From NCBI GenBank assembly GCA_963771275.1, contig CAVYSW010000003.1:1472001-1536000 (forward strand): a DNA stretch of 64,000 bases, written 5' to 3'. Of this stretch, positions 1-10,552 are shown piece after piece. Position 1 is the stretch's first letter, and each line of letters opens with the position of its first letter. Under the pieces are notes generated by a model. It saw only the letters and a list, made by a program, of their open reading frames with translations. It made no database searches and had not been told where the DNA came from. This DNA comes from an uncultured Gemmatimonadales bacterium. GTDB lineage: Bacteria; Gemmatimonadota; Gemmatimonadetes; Gemmatimonadales; GWC2-71-9. The translations under genes were made by a program, and so were the position numbers.

Positions 1-2
1 GA

Positions 3-2060
3 TCACGCGGCCCCCATCGCGACCAGCACAAGATCGATCAGCTTGATCCCGGCGAACGGGACCAGCAGGCCACCCGCACCGTAGATCACGAGATTGCGAC
101 GCAGCACCGCCGCCGCTCCGATCGGGCGGTAGCGCACGCCCTTCAAGGCGAGCGGAATGAGCGCCACGATGATGAGCGCGTTGAAGATCACGGCCGACAG
201 AACCGCGCTCTCCGGGCTCGCCAGGCGCATCACGTTGAGCGCGCCCAAGGCCGGGAAGATGCCGGCAAAGGCGGCCGGGATGATGGCGAAGTACTTGGCG
301 ACGTCGTTGGCCAAGCTGAACGTGGTGAGCGCCCCCCGGGTCATGAGCATCTGCTTTCCCGTCTCCACGACCTCGATGAGCTTGGTGGGGTTGGAGTCGA
401 GGTCCACCATGTTCCCCGCTTCCTTTGCCGCCTGCGTGCCCGAGTGCATGGCGACCGCGACGTCGGCCTGCGCCAACGCGGGCGCGTCGTTCGTACCGTC
501 GCCCGTCATCGCCACCAGCCGGCCGCCCGCTTGGTACTCGCGGATCAGGGCGAGCTTGGCTTCGGGGGTCGCCTGGGCCAGGAAGTCGTCGACCCCCGCC
601 TCGGCGGCAATCGCGGCGGCCGTTTCCTGGTTGTCGCCCGTGATCATCACCGTCCTGATGCCCATCCGGCGGAGCTCGGCGAAGCGCTCCCGGATGCCGC
701 CCTTCACGATGTCCTTGAGATGCACGACGCCAAGAACCCTCGCCCCCTCCGTGACAACGAGCGGCGTGCCGCCGCCCCGCGCGACCCGGGACACCGCTTC
801 CTTGACGGCCGCCGGCAGCTCGCCGCCGAGGCTGCGCACCCACTGCTCGACCGCGTCGGCGGCGCCCTTGCGGATGCGGCGGCCGTTCAGGTCCACGCCA
901 CTCATCCGGGTCTGCGCCGTGAACGGGACGAAGCGGGCACCGAGCGCCCGCACGTCGCGCTCGCGGATGCCGTATTTCTTGGCCAGCACGACGATGCTCC
1001 GGCCCTCCGGCGTCTCGTCGGCCAGCGAGGCGAGCTGGGCGGCGTCGGCGAGCTGGGCCTCCGTCGCGCCGCCGGCCGGAATCAGCTCCGTCGCCTGCCG
1101 GTTCCCGAGCGTGATCGTGCCGGTCTTGTCGAGCAGCAGCACGTCCACGTCGCCCGCCGCCTCGACCGCCCGGCCCGACATGGCGATCACGTTCTTCCGG
1201 ATCATGCGATCCATGCCGGCGATGCCGATGGCCGAAAGCAGCCCGCCGATGGTGGTGGGAATCAGGCAAACGAGGAGCGCCACCAACACGGTGATGCTCG
1301 CCGCTGAGCCCCGGCCTTCCGCCGCCGCGAGGTAGCTGGAAAACGGGTGCAGCGTCGCGGTCACGACGAGGAACACGATCGTGAGCGCGGCGAGCAGAAT
1401 GGCCAGCGCGATCTCGTTGGGGGTCTTCCGGCGCTTGGCCGCCTCCACCAGGCCGATCATGCGATCGAGGAACGACTCGCCGGGATTCGCCGAGACACGG
1501 ATGATGAGCCAGTCCGACAGCACCTTCGTGCCGCCTGTGACCGCGCTCCGGTCGCCGCCGCTCTCCCGGATCACCGGTGCGCTCTCGCCGGTGACCGCGC
1601 TCTCGTCAACGGAGGCCACGCCTTCGACCACGTCGCCATCGGCGGGGATCAGCTCTCCCGCCTGCACCAGGAGCACGTCGTCCTTCCGCAGCGCACTCCC
1701 CGCCACCGACTCGACGTCCTCGCGGCGTGCGGGGTCGCGCAGCCGCCTGGCCTGAATCGTGGTGCGTGTGCGGCGGAGCGCCTCGGCCTGGGCCTTGCCG
1801 CGCCCCTCCGCCACGGCTTCGGCGAAGTTGGCGAACAGGACGGTGGCCCACAGCCAGGCGCTGATTGCCAGGATGAACCACGCCGGCGCCTCGGCGTGGC
1901 CCGCCAAAGCGGCGATCCACAGGGCCGTCGTCAGCAGCGAGCCTACCCAGACCACGAACATCACCGGGTTCCGGAGCTGGTGACGGGGGTCGAGCTTCAC
2001 CAGGGCGTCGACCGCCGCCCGAGCCACGATGGCGCGATTCAGGAGCGGGCGGGTGGTCAT
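3..2060 (-). CDS. kdpB: K+-transporting P-type ATPase subunit B
   Basis: DKTGT phosphorylation motif, [24 protein letters not shown] at 2060 overlaps the kdpA stop. Confidence 0.98.
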   Translation of the reverse strand: MTTRPLLNRAIVARAAVDALVKLDPRHQLRNPVMFVVWVGSLLTTALWIAALAGHAEAPAWFILAISAWLWATVLFANFAEAVAEGRGKAQAEALRRTRTTIQARRLRDPARREDVESVAGSALRKDDVLLVQAGELIPADGDVVEGVASVDESAVTGESAPVIRESGGDRSAVTGGTKVLSDWLIIRVSANPGESFLDRMIGLVEAAKRRKTPNEIALAILLAALTIVFLVVTATLHPFSSYLAAAEGRGSAASITVLVALLVCLIPTTIGGLLSAIGIAGMDRMIRKNVIAMSGRAVEAAGDVDVLLLDKTGTITLGNRQATELIPAGGATEAQLADAAQLASLADETPEGRSIVVLAKKYGIRERDVRALGARFVPFTAQTRMSGVDLNGRRIRKGAADAVEQWVRSLGGELPAAVKEAVSRVARGGGTPLVVTEGARVLGVVHLKDIVKGGIRERFAELRRMGIRTVMITGDNQETAAAIAAEAGVDDFLAQATPEAKLALIREYQAGGRLVAMTGDGTNDAPALAQADVAVAMHSGTQAAKEAGNMVDLDSNPTKLIEVVETGKQMLMTRGALTTFSLANDVAKYFAIIPAAFAGIFPALGALNVMRLASPESAVLSAVIFNALIIVALIPLALKGVRYRPIGAAAVLRRNLVIYGAGGLLVPFAGIKLIDLVLVAMGAA

Positions 2061-3802
2061 GGGGTGCCCCACATTGTGAGGTGCTCGACCACGGGGCCGA
2101 GTGCCAGCGCGGGGAAGAACGAGAGCGCCCCCACCAGGAGCACCGTGCCCACGAGCAGGACGACGAAGAGCGGCGTGTGGGTGGGCAGGGTGCCGGGCCC
2201 CGCGGGCACCGCCTTCTTGCGCGCGAGCGAGCCCGCAATCGCGAGCATCGGGATCATGACCCAGAAGCGCGACACCCACATGGCGACGCCGAGCGCCAAG
2301 TTGTAGAACCACGTGTTCGCGTTCAGCCCGGCGAACGCGCTGCCGTTGTTGTTCCCGGCGGACGAGAACGCGTACAGGATTTCGCTGAAGCCGTGGGCAC
2401 CGGGATTGGGCGGCCCGGCCCGGCCGGCACTCGTGGCGACCGCGAGGGCCGTGCCCGCCAGCACCGCGACCACCGGGAAGAGGATTGCGAGCGACGCCAT
2501 CTTCATCTCATAGGCCTCGATCTTCTTGCCCAGGTACTCCGGTGTCCGCCCCACCATGAGGCCCGCCACGAATACCGCGACGATCACGAACGCGAGCATG
2601 CCGTAGAGCCCCGATCCCACCCCGCCGAACACCACCTCGCCCAGTTGCATCAGCCACATCGGGACCATCCCACCGAGCGGCGTGAAGGAGTCGTGCATCG
2701 AGTTGACCGACCCGTTGGACGCTGCGGTGGTCACGACTGCCCATGTGGCCGAGTTCGCGATGCCGAATCGGACTTCCTTTCCCTCGAAATCGCCGCCGGG
2801 GTTGCCGGCGCCGGCGTGCACTTCCGCGCCGGCCCGCTCGAGCAGCGGCGTGCCGCGCTGCTCCACGTTGCCCGTGAAGACGAGGAGCGGGATCAGGATC
2901 ACGAGCATCGCGGCGAAGAGGGCCCGGCCCTGGCGCCGGTCGCTCACCATCCGTCCGAACGCGAAACAAAACGCCCCACCGATGATCAGGATCGCCAGCG
3001 ACTCCAGGAGGTTTGACAGTGCCGTGGCGTTCTCGAACGGGTGCGCCGAGTTCACGTTGAAGAACCCGCCGCCGTTGGTGCCGAGCTGTTTGATGGCGAC
3101 CTGCGAGGCCGCCGGCCCGACCGAGATGACCTGCTGCGTGATCGTCGAATCCCCGTTCACGAGGGGCTGGACCAGCGCCGCGGTAGCCGGGCCGTGAAAC
3201 GTCTGCACCACGCCCTGGCTCACCAGCGCCAGCGCGAGCACGAACGCGAGCGGGAGCAGGATGTAGAGCGTCCCGCGCGTGAGGTCCACCCAGAAGTTTC
3301 CCACCGTCTCGGCCGACCGTCGCGCGATCCCGCGGGCGAGGGCCACCAGCACCGCCATGCCGGCCGCCGCGCTCACGAAGTTCTGCACCGTGAGCGCCGC
3401 CATCTGGGTGAGATACGACAGCGTGGTCTCGCCGCCGTACGCCTGCCAGTTGGTGTTGGTGGTGAAGCTGATGGCGGTGTTGAACGCCAGGTCCGGCGCT
3501 ACCGGTCCCATCCCCGCTGGGTTCAGCGGCAACCATCCCTGGATCCGCTGCAACAGGTACGTGACCGCGAACCCCGCCGCGCTGAACACCAGCACGGCGA
3601 CCGCGTACCCCGTCCATCGCTGTTCGACCTCAGGGCTCACGCCCGCGAGCCGATAGAATATGCGCTCGACGGGCCCGAACGCGCGCGCCAGCACGTGGCG
3701 CTCGCCCGCATAGACCCGCGTGATCCAGCGCCCCAGCGGTGGGGAAAGCGCGATCAGGAGCCCCACATAGAGGGCCATCTGGAGCCAGCCGTTCGCGGTC
3801 AT
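2057..3802 (-). CDS. kdpA: K+-transporting ATPase subunit A
   Basis: Filter motifs [37 protein letters not shown]. Start MTANGW overlaps the kdpF stop. Confidence 0.98.
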   Translation of the reverse strand: MTANGWLQMALYVGLLIALSPPLGRWITRVYAGERHVLARAFGPVERIFYRLAGVSPEVEQRWTGYAVAVLVFSAAGFAVTYLLQRIQGWLPLNPAGMGPVAPDLAFNTAISFTTNTNWQAYGGETTLSYLTQMAALTVQNFVSAAAGMAVLVALARGIARRSAETVGNFWVDLTRGTLYILLPLAFVLALALVSQGVVQTFHGPATAALVQPLVNGDSTITQQVISVGPAASQVAIKQLGTNGGGFFNVNSAHPFENATALSNLLESLAILIIGGAFCFAFGRMVSDRRQGRALFAAMLVILIPLLVFTGNVEQRGTPLLERAGAEVHAGAGNPGGDFEGKEVRFGIANSATWAVVTTAASNGSVNSMHDSFTPLGGMVPMWLMQLGEVVFGGVGSGLYGMLAFVIVAVFVAGLMVGRTPEYLGKKIEAYEMKMASLAILFPVVAVLAGTALAVATSAGRAGPPNPGAHGFSEILYAFSSAGNNNGSAFAGLNANTWFYNLALGVAMWVSRFWVMIPMLAIAGSLARKKAVPAGPGTLPTHTPLFVVLLVGTVLLVGALSFFPALALGPVVEHLTMWGTP

Positions 3803-3891
3803 TCGAATCGCTCTGGGACGAGGAGGGCCGCGAACAGATACAGCGCCAGCCCCGCGGCGAGCAGGGCGGCTATCCACAGGAAGACGGTCAT
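3799..3891 (-). CDS. kdpF: K+-transporting ATPase subunit F (30 aa)
   Basis: Hand-translated [39 protein letters not shown] signature; ATGA overlap with kdpA. Not in the ORF track. Confidence 0.93.
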   Translation of the reverse strand: MTVFLWIAALLAAGLALYLFAALLVPERFE

Positions 3892-3980
3892 CAGTCCCTC
3901 GAGAGACGCTCCGACAGGCGCAGCAGGCCGACGGTCAGGACGGCGAGCAGCAGACTGGCGAGCAGGATGATCAAGTCCAT
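3891..3980 (-). CDS. 29-aa single-TM micropeptide upstream of kdpF
   Basis: [29 protein letters not shown]; its TGA overlaps the kdpF ATG (TGATG). Confidence 0.7.
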   Translation of the reverse strand: MDLIILLASLLLAVLTVGLLRLSERLSRD

Positions 3981-4020
3981 GGGAGAGTCGCTTGCGACGA
4001 AGTCGGTGACGAGCGTGACG

Positions 4021-4122
4021 TCACCGGATGCGCCTGCACGCCTCGCGGATGCACGCCATGAAGTACAGGACCAGCAGACCTGCGCCGATCAACCAACAGG
4101 CTACAACGATGAGTTCGCGCAC
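4021..4122 (-). CDS. 33-aa single-TM micropeptide
   Basis: (M)RELIVVACWLIGAGLLVLYFMACIREACRRIR; GTG start after purine-rich GGAAGGGG; hydrophobic core with basic tail. Confidence 0.45.
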   Translation of the reverse strand: MRELIVVACWLIGAGLLVLYFMACIREACRRIR

Positions 4123-4150
4123 GGCCGCCCCTTCCACGATGACGAGGGGG

Positions 4151-4218
4151 AGCATACGGAGCCGGGTGTCAATGTGGGGTCAGGATCGGATCCCGGAGCG
4201 TCAGGATTCCGTCAGGAT
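4151..4218 (-). promoter_or_regulatory. kdp promoter with OmpR/KdpE-type direct repeats
   Basis: GTCAGGAT at 4179, 4200 and 4211, plus GTCAATGT at 4168 (spacings 11/21/11); TATGCT -10-like element on the minus strand at 4156-4151. Confidence 0.6.
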
Positions 4219-4949
4219 CGACCTTGCCGGGACTCGTCACGCAGCATCGCGAGACCCAGATAGTCCTGCATGAAATGGAAGTTGGCGCGGGCGGCCGTCG
4301 GCGCGCCAAGCGGGTGCGTGGTGCCGGCGGTCATCCACAGCACCTCGTCCGCGAGGTCGAGCAGCTCGACGACCTCGTGCCCCGTCGCCACGATCGCCGT
4401 GCCCCGCGCCGCCAGCGCGCGAAGCGACGCGGCCACGACCTCCCGGTCGGTGGGTGCGAGGTCGCGGAACGGCTCGTCGGCCAGCAGGCAGTCCGGCCGC
4501 CGGGCGACCGCGAGGGCCAGCTCCGCGCGCCGCCGCTCGCCGCCCGAAAGGCTCGGCGGCCTGCGGTCGAGGAAGTCGCCGAGCCGGAGCGCGTCGATCG
4601 CCTCGTCCACGGTGGCGGCCGGGAACGCGTGGGCGAGCGCCGCGAGATGCTGGCGCACCGTGCGGGTGGCGTGCAGCAGGGATCGCTCCGGGAGGTAGAA
4701 GAGACCACGCCGCGCAAGCGTCGCCAGCCGCGCGCGCAGGAACCGTCGGCCCTGGAAGACGACGAGCCCGTAGTCCGGTCGCAGCCAGCCGGCGGCGACC
4801 CGGAGCAGCGTGGTCTTGCCACAGCCGTTCCGGCCGAGCAGGGCGGTGATGCGACCGGTCCGCGCCCGGAGCGACGCCGCGGTAAGCACGGTGCGGCGGC
4901 CGAAGCGCTTGCCGATCGAGTCGGCAACGAGCAGGGGCGCGTCGCTCAT
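4212..4949 (-). CDS. ABC transporter ATP-binding protein
   Basis: Walker A GRNGCGKT, signature LSGGERRR, Walker B LLADEP, H-loop TGHE. Confidence 0.92.
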   Translation of the reverse strand: MSDAPLLVADSIGKRFGRRTVLTAASLRARTGRITALLGRNGCGKTTLLRVAAGWLRPDYGLVVFQGRRFLRARLATLARRGLFYLPERSLLHATRTVRQHLAALAHAFPAATVDEAIDALRLGDFLDRRPPSLSGGERRRAELALAVARRPDCLLADEPFRDLAPTDREVVAASLRALAARGTAIVATGHEVVELLDLADEVLWMTAGTTHPLGAPTAARANFHFMQDYLGLAMLRDESRQGRS

Positions 4950-5218
4950 GTGAGCAGCCCGATCACGGTTTCCATCAGCGCAGGCGGCAGCGCGGCGATC
5001 ACGGCCAGGCGCCACTCGGGAATGCCGAGGTTCGCCAGCAGCACCGTCTCCGATTGGCGGCGCGCGTCGTAGGCGGCAAGCCCTGCCACCAGCACCACGA
5101 CCGCCCATCCGGGAGGCGTGCGCAGCTCAAGCAGGGCGAGCAATCCCCGCACGGCGACCCAGATCGCCGCGGCGCGGAACAGGATGCCGCGCAGAAACGC
5201 GGGATGCGGCAGCGTCAG
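4946..5218 (-). CDS. small membrane protein (~90 aa), probable partner of the ABC ATPase
   Basis: About 3 hydrophobic segments. Fills the gap exactly, overlapping both neighbours. Start uncertain (CTG at 5218). Confidence 0.6.
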   Translation of the reverse strand: MTLPHPAFLRGILFRAAAIWVAVRGLLALLELRTPPGWAVVVLVAGLAAYDARRQSETVLLANLGIPEWRLAVIAALPPALMETVIGLLT

Positions 5219-6153
5219 TATCGGTCGAGATCCCGGCCGATCACGGTCCGGCCCGTGAAGCCGCCCACCCGCACCCCGGCGAGCAGCTCCTCGTCTGATG
5301 CACCCATGCGGATGAGATGGTAGAGAATCAGCAGCTTCGGCCGGATGCGCGCGGCCAGCGCCCCGAGCTCCACATCCGACGTGTGCGACTCGCGCATGTA
5401 CTGCGGCCACACGTCACCACCCGGGCGGTCCTCGGCCACCAGCCGGCCGGCCGCGTAGACCTCGTGAATCAGCACGTCCACGCCCTGCGCGCCTTGGACC
5501 AGCGCCTCGGTCGGCCGGGTGTCACCCGAAATCACGATCGACCGGGTGGGCGTATCGACGCGGAACGCCAACGCGTACGGCCACTCCGCGTGCTGCACGG
5601 GGATGGCGGTGACCCGCACGCCGCCGCTGTCGTACACGACGCCCGGCCCGATCTCGTGCACGGCCACCGCCAAGTCTTCGACGCGCTCGCGCTCGAGCCC
5701 GGTGGTGCGAATCCGGATGTCCTCCGCCCACGCCGCCAGCAGCTGATCGGTCATGGCCTGCAGCCCGGGTGGCCCGAACACCGGCAGCGCGCCGCGCCGT
5801 CGCATCACCCACGAGGTCAGGATTACGTCGGGATAGCCGAGCGTGTGATCGCTGTGGAGATGCGTGATGAACAGCGCGTCCGGGCCGGAGATCGGAAGCC
5901 CGGCGGCGGCGACCTGGCGCATCACCCCGGCGCCGGCGTCGAACAGCAAGACGCGCCGCCCGACGGCGATCGCAATCGCCGGTCCGGCGGCCGACGGATC
6001 GGGCCGTGGCATGCCCGTGCCGAGCAGAATGACGGTGGTGCTCTCCGGCGGCCCGCGCTGCCCGGTCACGGCGGTCGGCGTGGCGCCGGCCAGCGCCAGC
6101 AGAAGCCAGGCCGGCGCGCCCCACCGCTGCCGGCGAGCTGCGGAGCACGTCAC
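5215..6153 (-). CDS. exported MBL-fold metallo-hydrolase (RNase Z/arylsulfatase-like)
   Basis: LLGTG, FDAG, THLHSDH, SGDT, DVLIHE, SHT, LYH motifs; signal-like N-terminus; GTGA overlap. Confidence 0.9.
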   Translation of the reverse strand: MTCSAARRQRWGAPAWLLLALAGATPTAVTGQRGPPESTTVILLGTGMPRPDPSAAGPAIAIAVGRRVLLFDAGAGVMRQVAAAGLPISGPDALFITHLHSDHTLGYPDVILTSWVMRRRGALPVFGPPGLQAMTDQLLAAWAEDIRIRTTGLERERVEDLAVAVHEIGPGVVYDSGGVRVTAIPVQHAEWPYALAFRVDTPTRSIVISGDTRPTEALVQGAQGVDVLIHEVYAAGRLVAEDRPGGDVWPQYMRESHTSDVELGALAARIRPKLLILYHLIRMGASDEELLAGVRVGGFTGRTVIGRDLDRY

Positions 6154-7139
6154 GAGCCGAGCCCCAGCAGCCGGGCCGCGTTGCCGCCGAGAATCTTCGC
6201 CTTGTCCACCGGCGCGAGACCCAGGCCGTCGATGCTCGCCACCATCGAGCGCAGGCTCCCGATCTGGTGGGGGAAGTCGCTCCCCGCCATCACGTGATCG
6301 ACCCCGGCGAACGCGATCGCGAGCTCGAGCGCGCGGACGTCGAAGTTCACCGTGTCGTAGTAGAACGTCCGGAGGTACTCGCTGGGCGGCCGCGTGATGT
6401 GGTCGCGGCACGTGCGGAACGCGCGGTAGCCGCGGTCGAGTCGCTCGGCCAGGTACGGGATCGCGCCGCCCAGGTGCGCCAGCACCCACGTGATGTCCGG
6501 GAACCGCTCCACCACCCCGCTGAAGACCAGGGACGCCGCCGCGAGCGTGGTATCGAACGGGAACCCGATCAGAGGCATCAGCCAGTAGTCCTGCATCGCT
6601 TCGACGCCGAGCGGGTGCGTCGGGTGGATGTAGCACACCGCCTTCAATGCGTGCGCCCGCTCCCACAGCGGCCAGTAGCGCCGGTCGGACAAGGCGGTAC
6701 CGTTGACGTTACCGAATACCATGACGCCGCGAAATCCGAGCTTGTCCATCGCGCGCTCGAGCTCGGTGACCGCAGCGGCCGGATCGTTGAGCGGCAGGGT
6801 CGCCAGGGCGGTGAACTGGGCCGGTCGCTCCCGCGCGATCGTCGCTAGCGCGTCGTTCACCAGACGGGCGTAGCGCGTCGCCTGCGCCGGCGGGTGCACG
6901 TGCGTGCCGGGCGAGGTGAGCGTCAGGACCTGCGTGTCGATCCCCTCGGTCTCGAGGACGCGCTGGCGCTCGACGATGTCGCGGTGCGGCGGCACGGCGA
7001 TGTTCGCGTCGCCCGGAGAATGCAGCACCGGGTTGCCGGCGGCGTCGGTGGACACGGTAACGGCGCCGGTCGGATCGGCGCGCAGCGCGTCGAGATAGGC
7101 GGGCGGATAGAAATGGTTGTGAAAATCAACGATGCGCAT
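6150..7139 (-). CDS. amidohydrolase 2 family (ACMSD/aromatic decarboxylase-like)
   Basis: DFHNH metal motif, YIHP, AHLGG, YYDT, GSDFPH, ILGGNA. Confidence 0.9.
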   Translation of the reverse strand: MRIVDFHNHFYPPAYLDALRADPTGAVTVSTDAAGNPVLHSPGDANIAVPPHRDIVERQRVLETEGIDTQVLTLTSPGTHVHPPAQATRYARLVNDALATIARERPAQFTALATLPLNDPAAAVTELERAMDKLGFRGVMVFGNVNGTALSDRRYWPLWERAHALKAVCYIHPTHPLGVEAMQDYWLMPLIGFPFDTTLAAASLVFSGVVERFPDITWVLAHLGGAIPYLAERLDRGYRAFRTCRDHITRPPSEYLRTFYYDTVNFDVRALELAIAFAGVDHVMAGSDFPHQIGSLRSMVASIDGLGLAPVDKAKILGGNAARLLGLGS

Positions 7140-8445
7140 GGCGTGACCAGTGGAGGTACACGGGAAAGCCGACCGCCACGAGCCCGAGCCCGATGGCGCT
7201 CTCAGCGGGGTCGGAGACGATCTGGTTGAGCACGATGAGTCCCGCTGCGATCGCGAACACGACGGGAAGCCCCGGGTAGCCCCACACCCGGTAGCGCGGC
7301 GCATAGTCCGCGCGCCGCCTCAGCAGCACGAGACCGAAGGCCATCAGGCCGAAGAAGATCCACTCCGTGTAGACGACCCGGGTGAACAGCGCGCGGTACG
7401 TGCCGGTGGCGATCAGCACCGCTGTCCAGACGGCTTGGAGCAGCACCGCGCGATGCGGCGTGCGGAATCGCGGGTGAACGGCGCCCACCCAGCGGAACAG
7501 CAGTCCATCCCGCGCCATCGAGTAGTACACCCGGGGGCCCGCCAGCACGATCCCACTCAGCGCGCCGAACGTGGAAACCACGACGAGACCCGACACGATC
7601 GCCGCGCCCCGAGGCCCCATGACGACCTCCGCCGCGTCCGCGGCGACGCGCTTGGAGGAGACCACGGTGTCCAGCGGCAGGACGTGGAAGTACGCCGCGT
7701 TGAGCGCCACGTAGCACAGCGTCACGATGAGCGTGCCCAGCAGCAGCGCGCGGGGAACGGTTCGCTCGGGGTCGACCGTCTCGCCGGCGGCGTAGGTCAC
7801 CATGTGCCAGCCGCCGAACGCGAACAGCCCGGCGACCAGGGCGAGTGCGAAGGCGCCGAGCGGCGGGAATCCTGCCAACGGCGCGGCGGCCGCGAGCGAT
7901 GGCGCCGGGCTCGAGTGGGGCGGCGCCACGGCGAACCCGACCACGACGATCACGAGAATGGCGCCCACCTTGCCGATGGTGAACGCCGTCTGGAGCCGGC
8001 TGCCGTGGCGCACGCCGACGTAGTTGATGGCCGAGAGCAGCAGGATCCCCCCGATCGCCACCGCCCGGACCCCGAAATCGCCCAGCGCCACGAACCGGCC
8101 GACATACGTCGCGAACACGACCGCGATCGCCGCGATGATGCCGGAGTGCATGCTCCAGAACATCGCCCAGCCCCACAGGAAGCCGAACGCGGGAGAGAAC
8201 GCCTCCTTGAGGAAGACGTAGACCCCGCCAGTCTGCGGGTAGGCCGACGCCAGCTCCGCGGTGACCAGGGCGCCGCACAGCGTGAGCAGACCCGCCACGA
8301 CCCACACCGCGGTGACCGCGGCGAGCGAGGGCACCTCGGCGGTAATGACCGACGGCTGGACGAAGATCGAGGCACCGATAATGGTGCCCGCGACCATCGC
8401 GGTCGCCTGAATCAGGCCGATCGAGCGGCGCAGCTCGGGGGACAT
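7126..8445 (-). CDS. APC family amino acid permease
   Basis: GTIIGASIF, AELASAYPQTGGVY, FAFGGW, PRVYYSMARDG; about 12 TM segments. Confidence 0.93.
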   Translation of the reverse strand: MSPELRRSIGLIQATAMVAGTIIGASIFVQPSVITAEVPSLAAVTAVWVVAGLLTLCGALVTAELASAYPQTGGVYVFLKEAFSPAFGFLWGWAMFWSMHSGIIAAIAVVFATYVGRFVALGDFGVRAVAIGGILLLSAINYVGVRHGSRLQTAFTIGKVGAILVIVVVGFAVAPPHSSPAPSLAAAAPLAGFPPLGAFALALVAGLFAFGGWHMVTYAAGETVDPERTVPRALLLGTLIVTLCYVALNAAYFHVLPLDTVVSSKRVAADAAEVVMGPRGAAIVSGLVVVSTFGALSGIVLAGPRVYYSMARDGLLFRWVGAVHPRFRTPHRAVLLQAVWTAVLIATGTYRALFTRVVYTEWIFFGLMAFGLVLLRRRADYAPRYRVWGYPGLPVVFAIAAGLIVLNQIVSDPAESAIGLGLVAVGFPVYLHWSRHAHR

Positions 8446-8657
8446 GGGGGTTCGCAATGGTATTGGGTAGCGGGGCGAGGCGGAAGACGCGAGGAGGCAA
8501 CGTCGCCGCTGGCTCCTGGGCTCCCCGGGCCGTATTGTACGTCACTCGACGGTTGAGGACACCGCCATGAGCGTCCAGGCTCCCCCGGTCGCACGGCCCA
8601 TGACATCATGCGGATCGCCGCTGCCGCGCACCACCATTCTCAACCAATGAGGTCCCG

Positions 8658-10544
8658 ATGCTGCGATCGTTGATCGCGCGACGTAGCGCTGGTCTTGCCC
8701 TCGCGCTGGCCATCGCGCTCCTCTCGCCCGCCGGTGCCCAGGCCCAGCGTCCCACCGACCCGCTCGCCGCGGTCCCGGATCTGCCCGCGCTCGTCGGGCG
8801 ACCCGCGAGCGAGCTGGCGCAAATCGTCGACCGATTCGCCGCGGACCGGAGCTCGCTCGAGCGCCGGTATGACGCGTCCGATTCTCCCGATCAGCGCCGC
8901 CGCATGCGCGAGGTGTACGCCGGATGGCGCACCCGTCTGGCGGAGCTTGCCTTCGACACGCTGAGCCAGGAAGGGCGGATCGACTACGTCCTGCTCGACA
9001 ACTCTCTGAGGCACCAGCTCGCGCTGCTCGATCGACAGGACGTCCTGCGCGGGGAGATGACGCCCCTCCTCCCGTTCGCGGACCGGCTGCTGGCGCTGCA
9101 GGACGCACGCCGGAACCTGACCGACGTCGACCCCCGACTCGCGGCGCAGACGCTGGCGCAGGTCGCCGCCCAGGTGGACAGCCTGCGCGCGCGGTTCGAG
9201 GCGCCGCGCGACACCGGCGCGGCCCGCACGTCGCGGACGGTCGCCAACCGGGCGGCGGATCAGCTGGATCGGGTGCGCGGTGCCGTGGGCAGCTGGTATC
9301 GCTTCTACGACGGCTACGACCCCGTGTTCACGTGGTGGCTGCGCGATCCCTACCGGAAGCTCGACGAGGCGTTGACGCGCTATGCCCGCACGCTCCGCGA
9401 GCGCGTGGTGGGGATGCGCCCCGCTCAACCCGGGTCGGTCGCCGCGGGCGGTGGTCGCGATGCGCGCGGGGAGGGAGCCGGTGCGCTGGACAACACCGGG
9501 CCGATCATCGGTGACCCGATCGGGGCCAAGGGGCTGACGGAAGACCTCCGCTTCGAGATGATCCCCTACACGCCGGAAGAGCTGATCGCCATCGCCCAGC
9601 GCGAGTACGCGTTCAGCCTGAACGAGATCAAGCAGGCGGCCCGCGAGATGGGCTTCGGCGACGACTGGAAGGCGGCGATGGAGAGCGTGAAGGACACGTA
9701 CGTGGAGGTGGGGAAGCAGCCCGAGCTGATTCGCGATCTGGCACGGCAGGCGGAGGCGTTCTTCGATGCGCACGACTGGGTGACCATCCCGCCGCTCGCC
9801 AAGGAGGACTGGCGGATGGAGATGATGAGCCCGGCGCGTCAACGCGTCGCCCCGTTCTTCCTGGGGGGCGACCTGATTTTGGTGTCGTACCCGACCGACG
9901 AGATGACGGAAGGCGAGAAGCTCATGAGCCTCAGGGGCAACAACCCGCACTTCTCGCACGCGACCGTGTTCCACGAGCTGAACCCCGGGCACCATCTCCA
10001 GGGCTTCATGGCGGCGCGGTACAACACGCACCGCCAGCTGTTCCACACACCGTTCTGGAGCGAGGGTCAGTCGCTCTACTGGGAGATGTTCCTGTGGGAT
10101 CACGGCTTCCAGCGGAGCCCCGAGGACCGGATCGGCGCGCTGTTCTGGCGGATGCACCGGAGCGCGCGGATCATCTTCTCGCTGAGCTTCCACCTGGGGA
10201 AGATGACGCCGGATCAGGCGATCCAGTTCCTCGTGGACACGGTGAACTTCGAGCGGGCGAACGCCGAGGGTGAGGTGCGGCGCTCGTTCGGCGGCGCGTA
10301 CTCGCCGCTCTACCAGGTGGCCTACATGATCGGCGGCCTTCAGCTTCGCGCGTTGCACCGCGAGCTGGTGGACACGCACAAGATGACCGACCGCGCGTTC
10401 CACGACGCGGTACTGCAGGGCGGCGCGATGCCGATCGCGATGGTGCGGGCGCGGCTGGCCAACGTCCCGCTCACGCGGAACGGCGCGGCGCCGTGGCGCT
10501 TCGCCGACAACTTGCCGCCGCCCGTGCCGGCGCCAACGCGCTAG
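8658..10544 (+). CDS. DUF885 family secreted protein (metallopeptidase-like)
   Basis: Signal peptide; HELNPGHHLQ, SEGQSLYWE, YQVAYMIG motifs. Confidence 0.88.
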   Translation: MLRSLIARRSAGLALALAIALLSPAGAQAQRPTDPLAAVPDLPALVGRPASELAQIVDRFAADRSSLERRYDASDSPDQRRRMREVYAGWRTRLAELAFDTLSQEGRIDYVLLDNSLRHQLALLDRQDVLRGEMTPLLPFADRLLALQDARRNLTDVDPRLAAQTLAQVAAQVDSLRARFEAPRDTGAARTSRTVANRAADQLDRVRGAVGSWYRFYDGYDPVFTWWLRDPYRKLDEALTRYARTLRERVVGMRPAQPGSVAAGGGRDARGEGAGALDNTGPIIGDPIGAKGLTEDLRFEMIPYTPEELIAIAQREYAFSLNEIKQAAREMGFGDDWKAAMESVKDTYVEVGKQPELIRDLARQAEAFFDAHDWVTIPPLAKEDWRMEMMSPARQRVAPFFLGGDLILVSYPTDEMTEGEKLMSLRGNNPHFSHATVFHELNPGHHLQGFMAARYNTHRQLFHTPFWSEGQSLYWEMFLWDHGFQRSPEDRIGALFWRMHRSARIIFSLSFHLGKMTPDQAIQFLVDTVNFERANAEGEVRRSFGGAYSPLYQVAYMIGGLQLRALHRELVDTHKMTDRAFHDAVLQGGAMPIAMVRARLANVPLTRNGAAPWRFADNLPPPVPAPTR

Positions 10545-10552
10545 CGTGCGGG

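Noticed and set aside
4123..4212. Possible c-di-AMP (ydaO) riboswitch before kdp
   Set aside because: The conserved ydaO elements were not found and the space is too short; direct repeats explain the region better.
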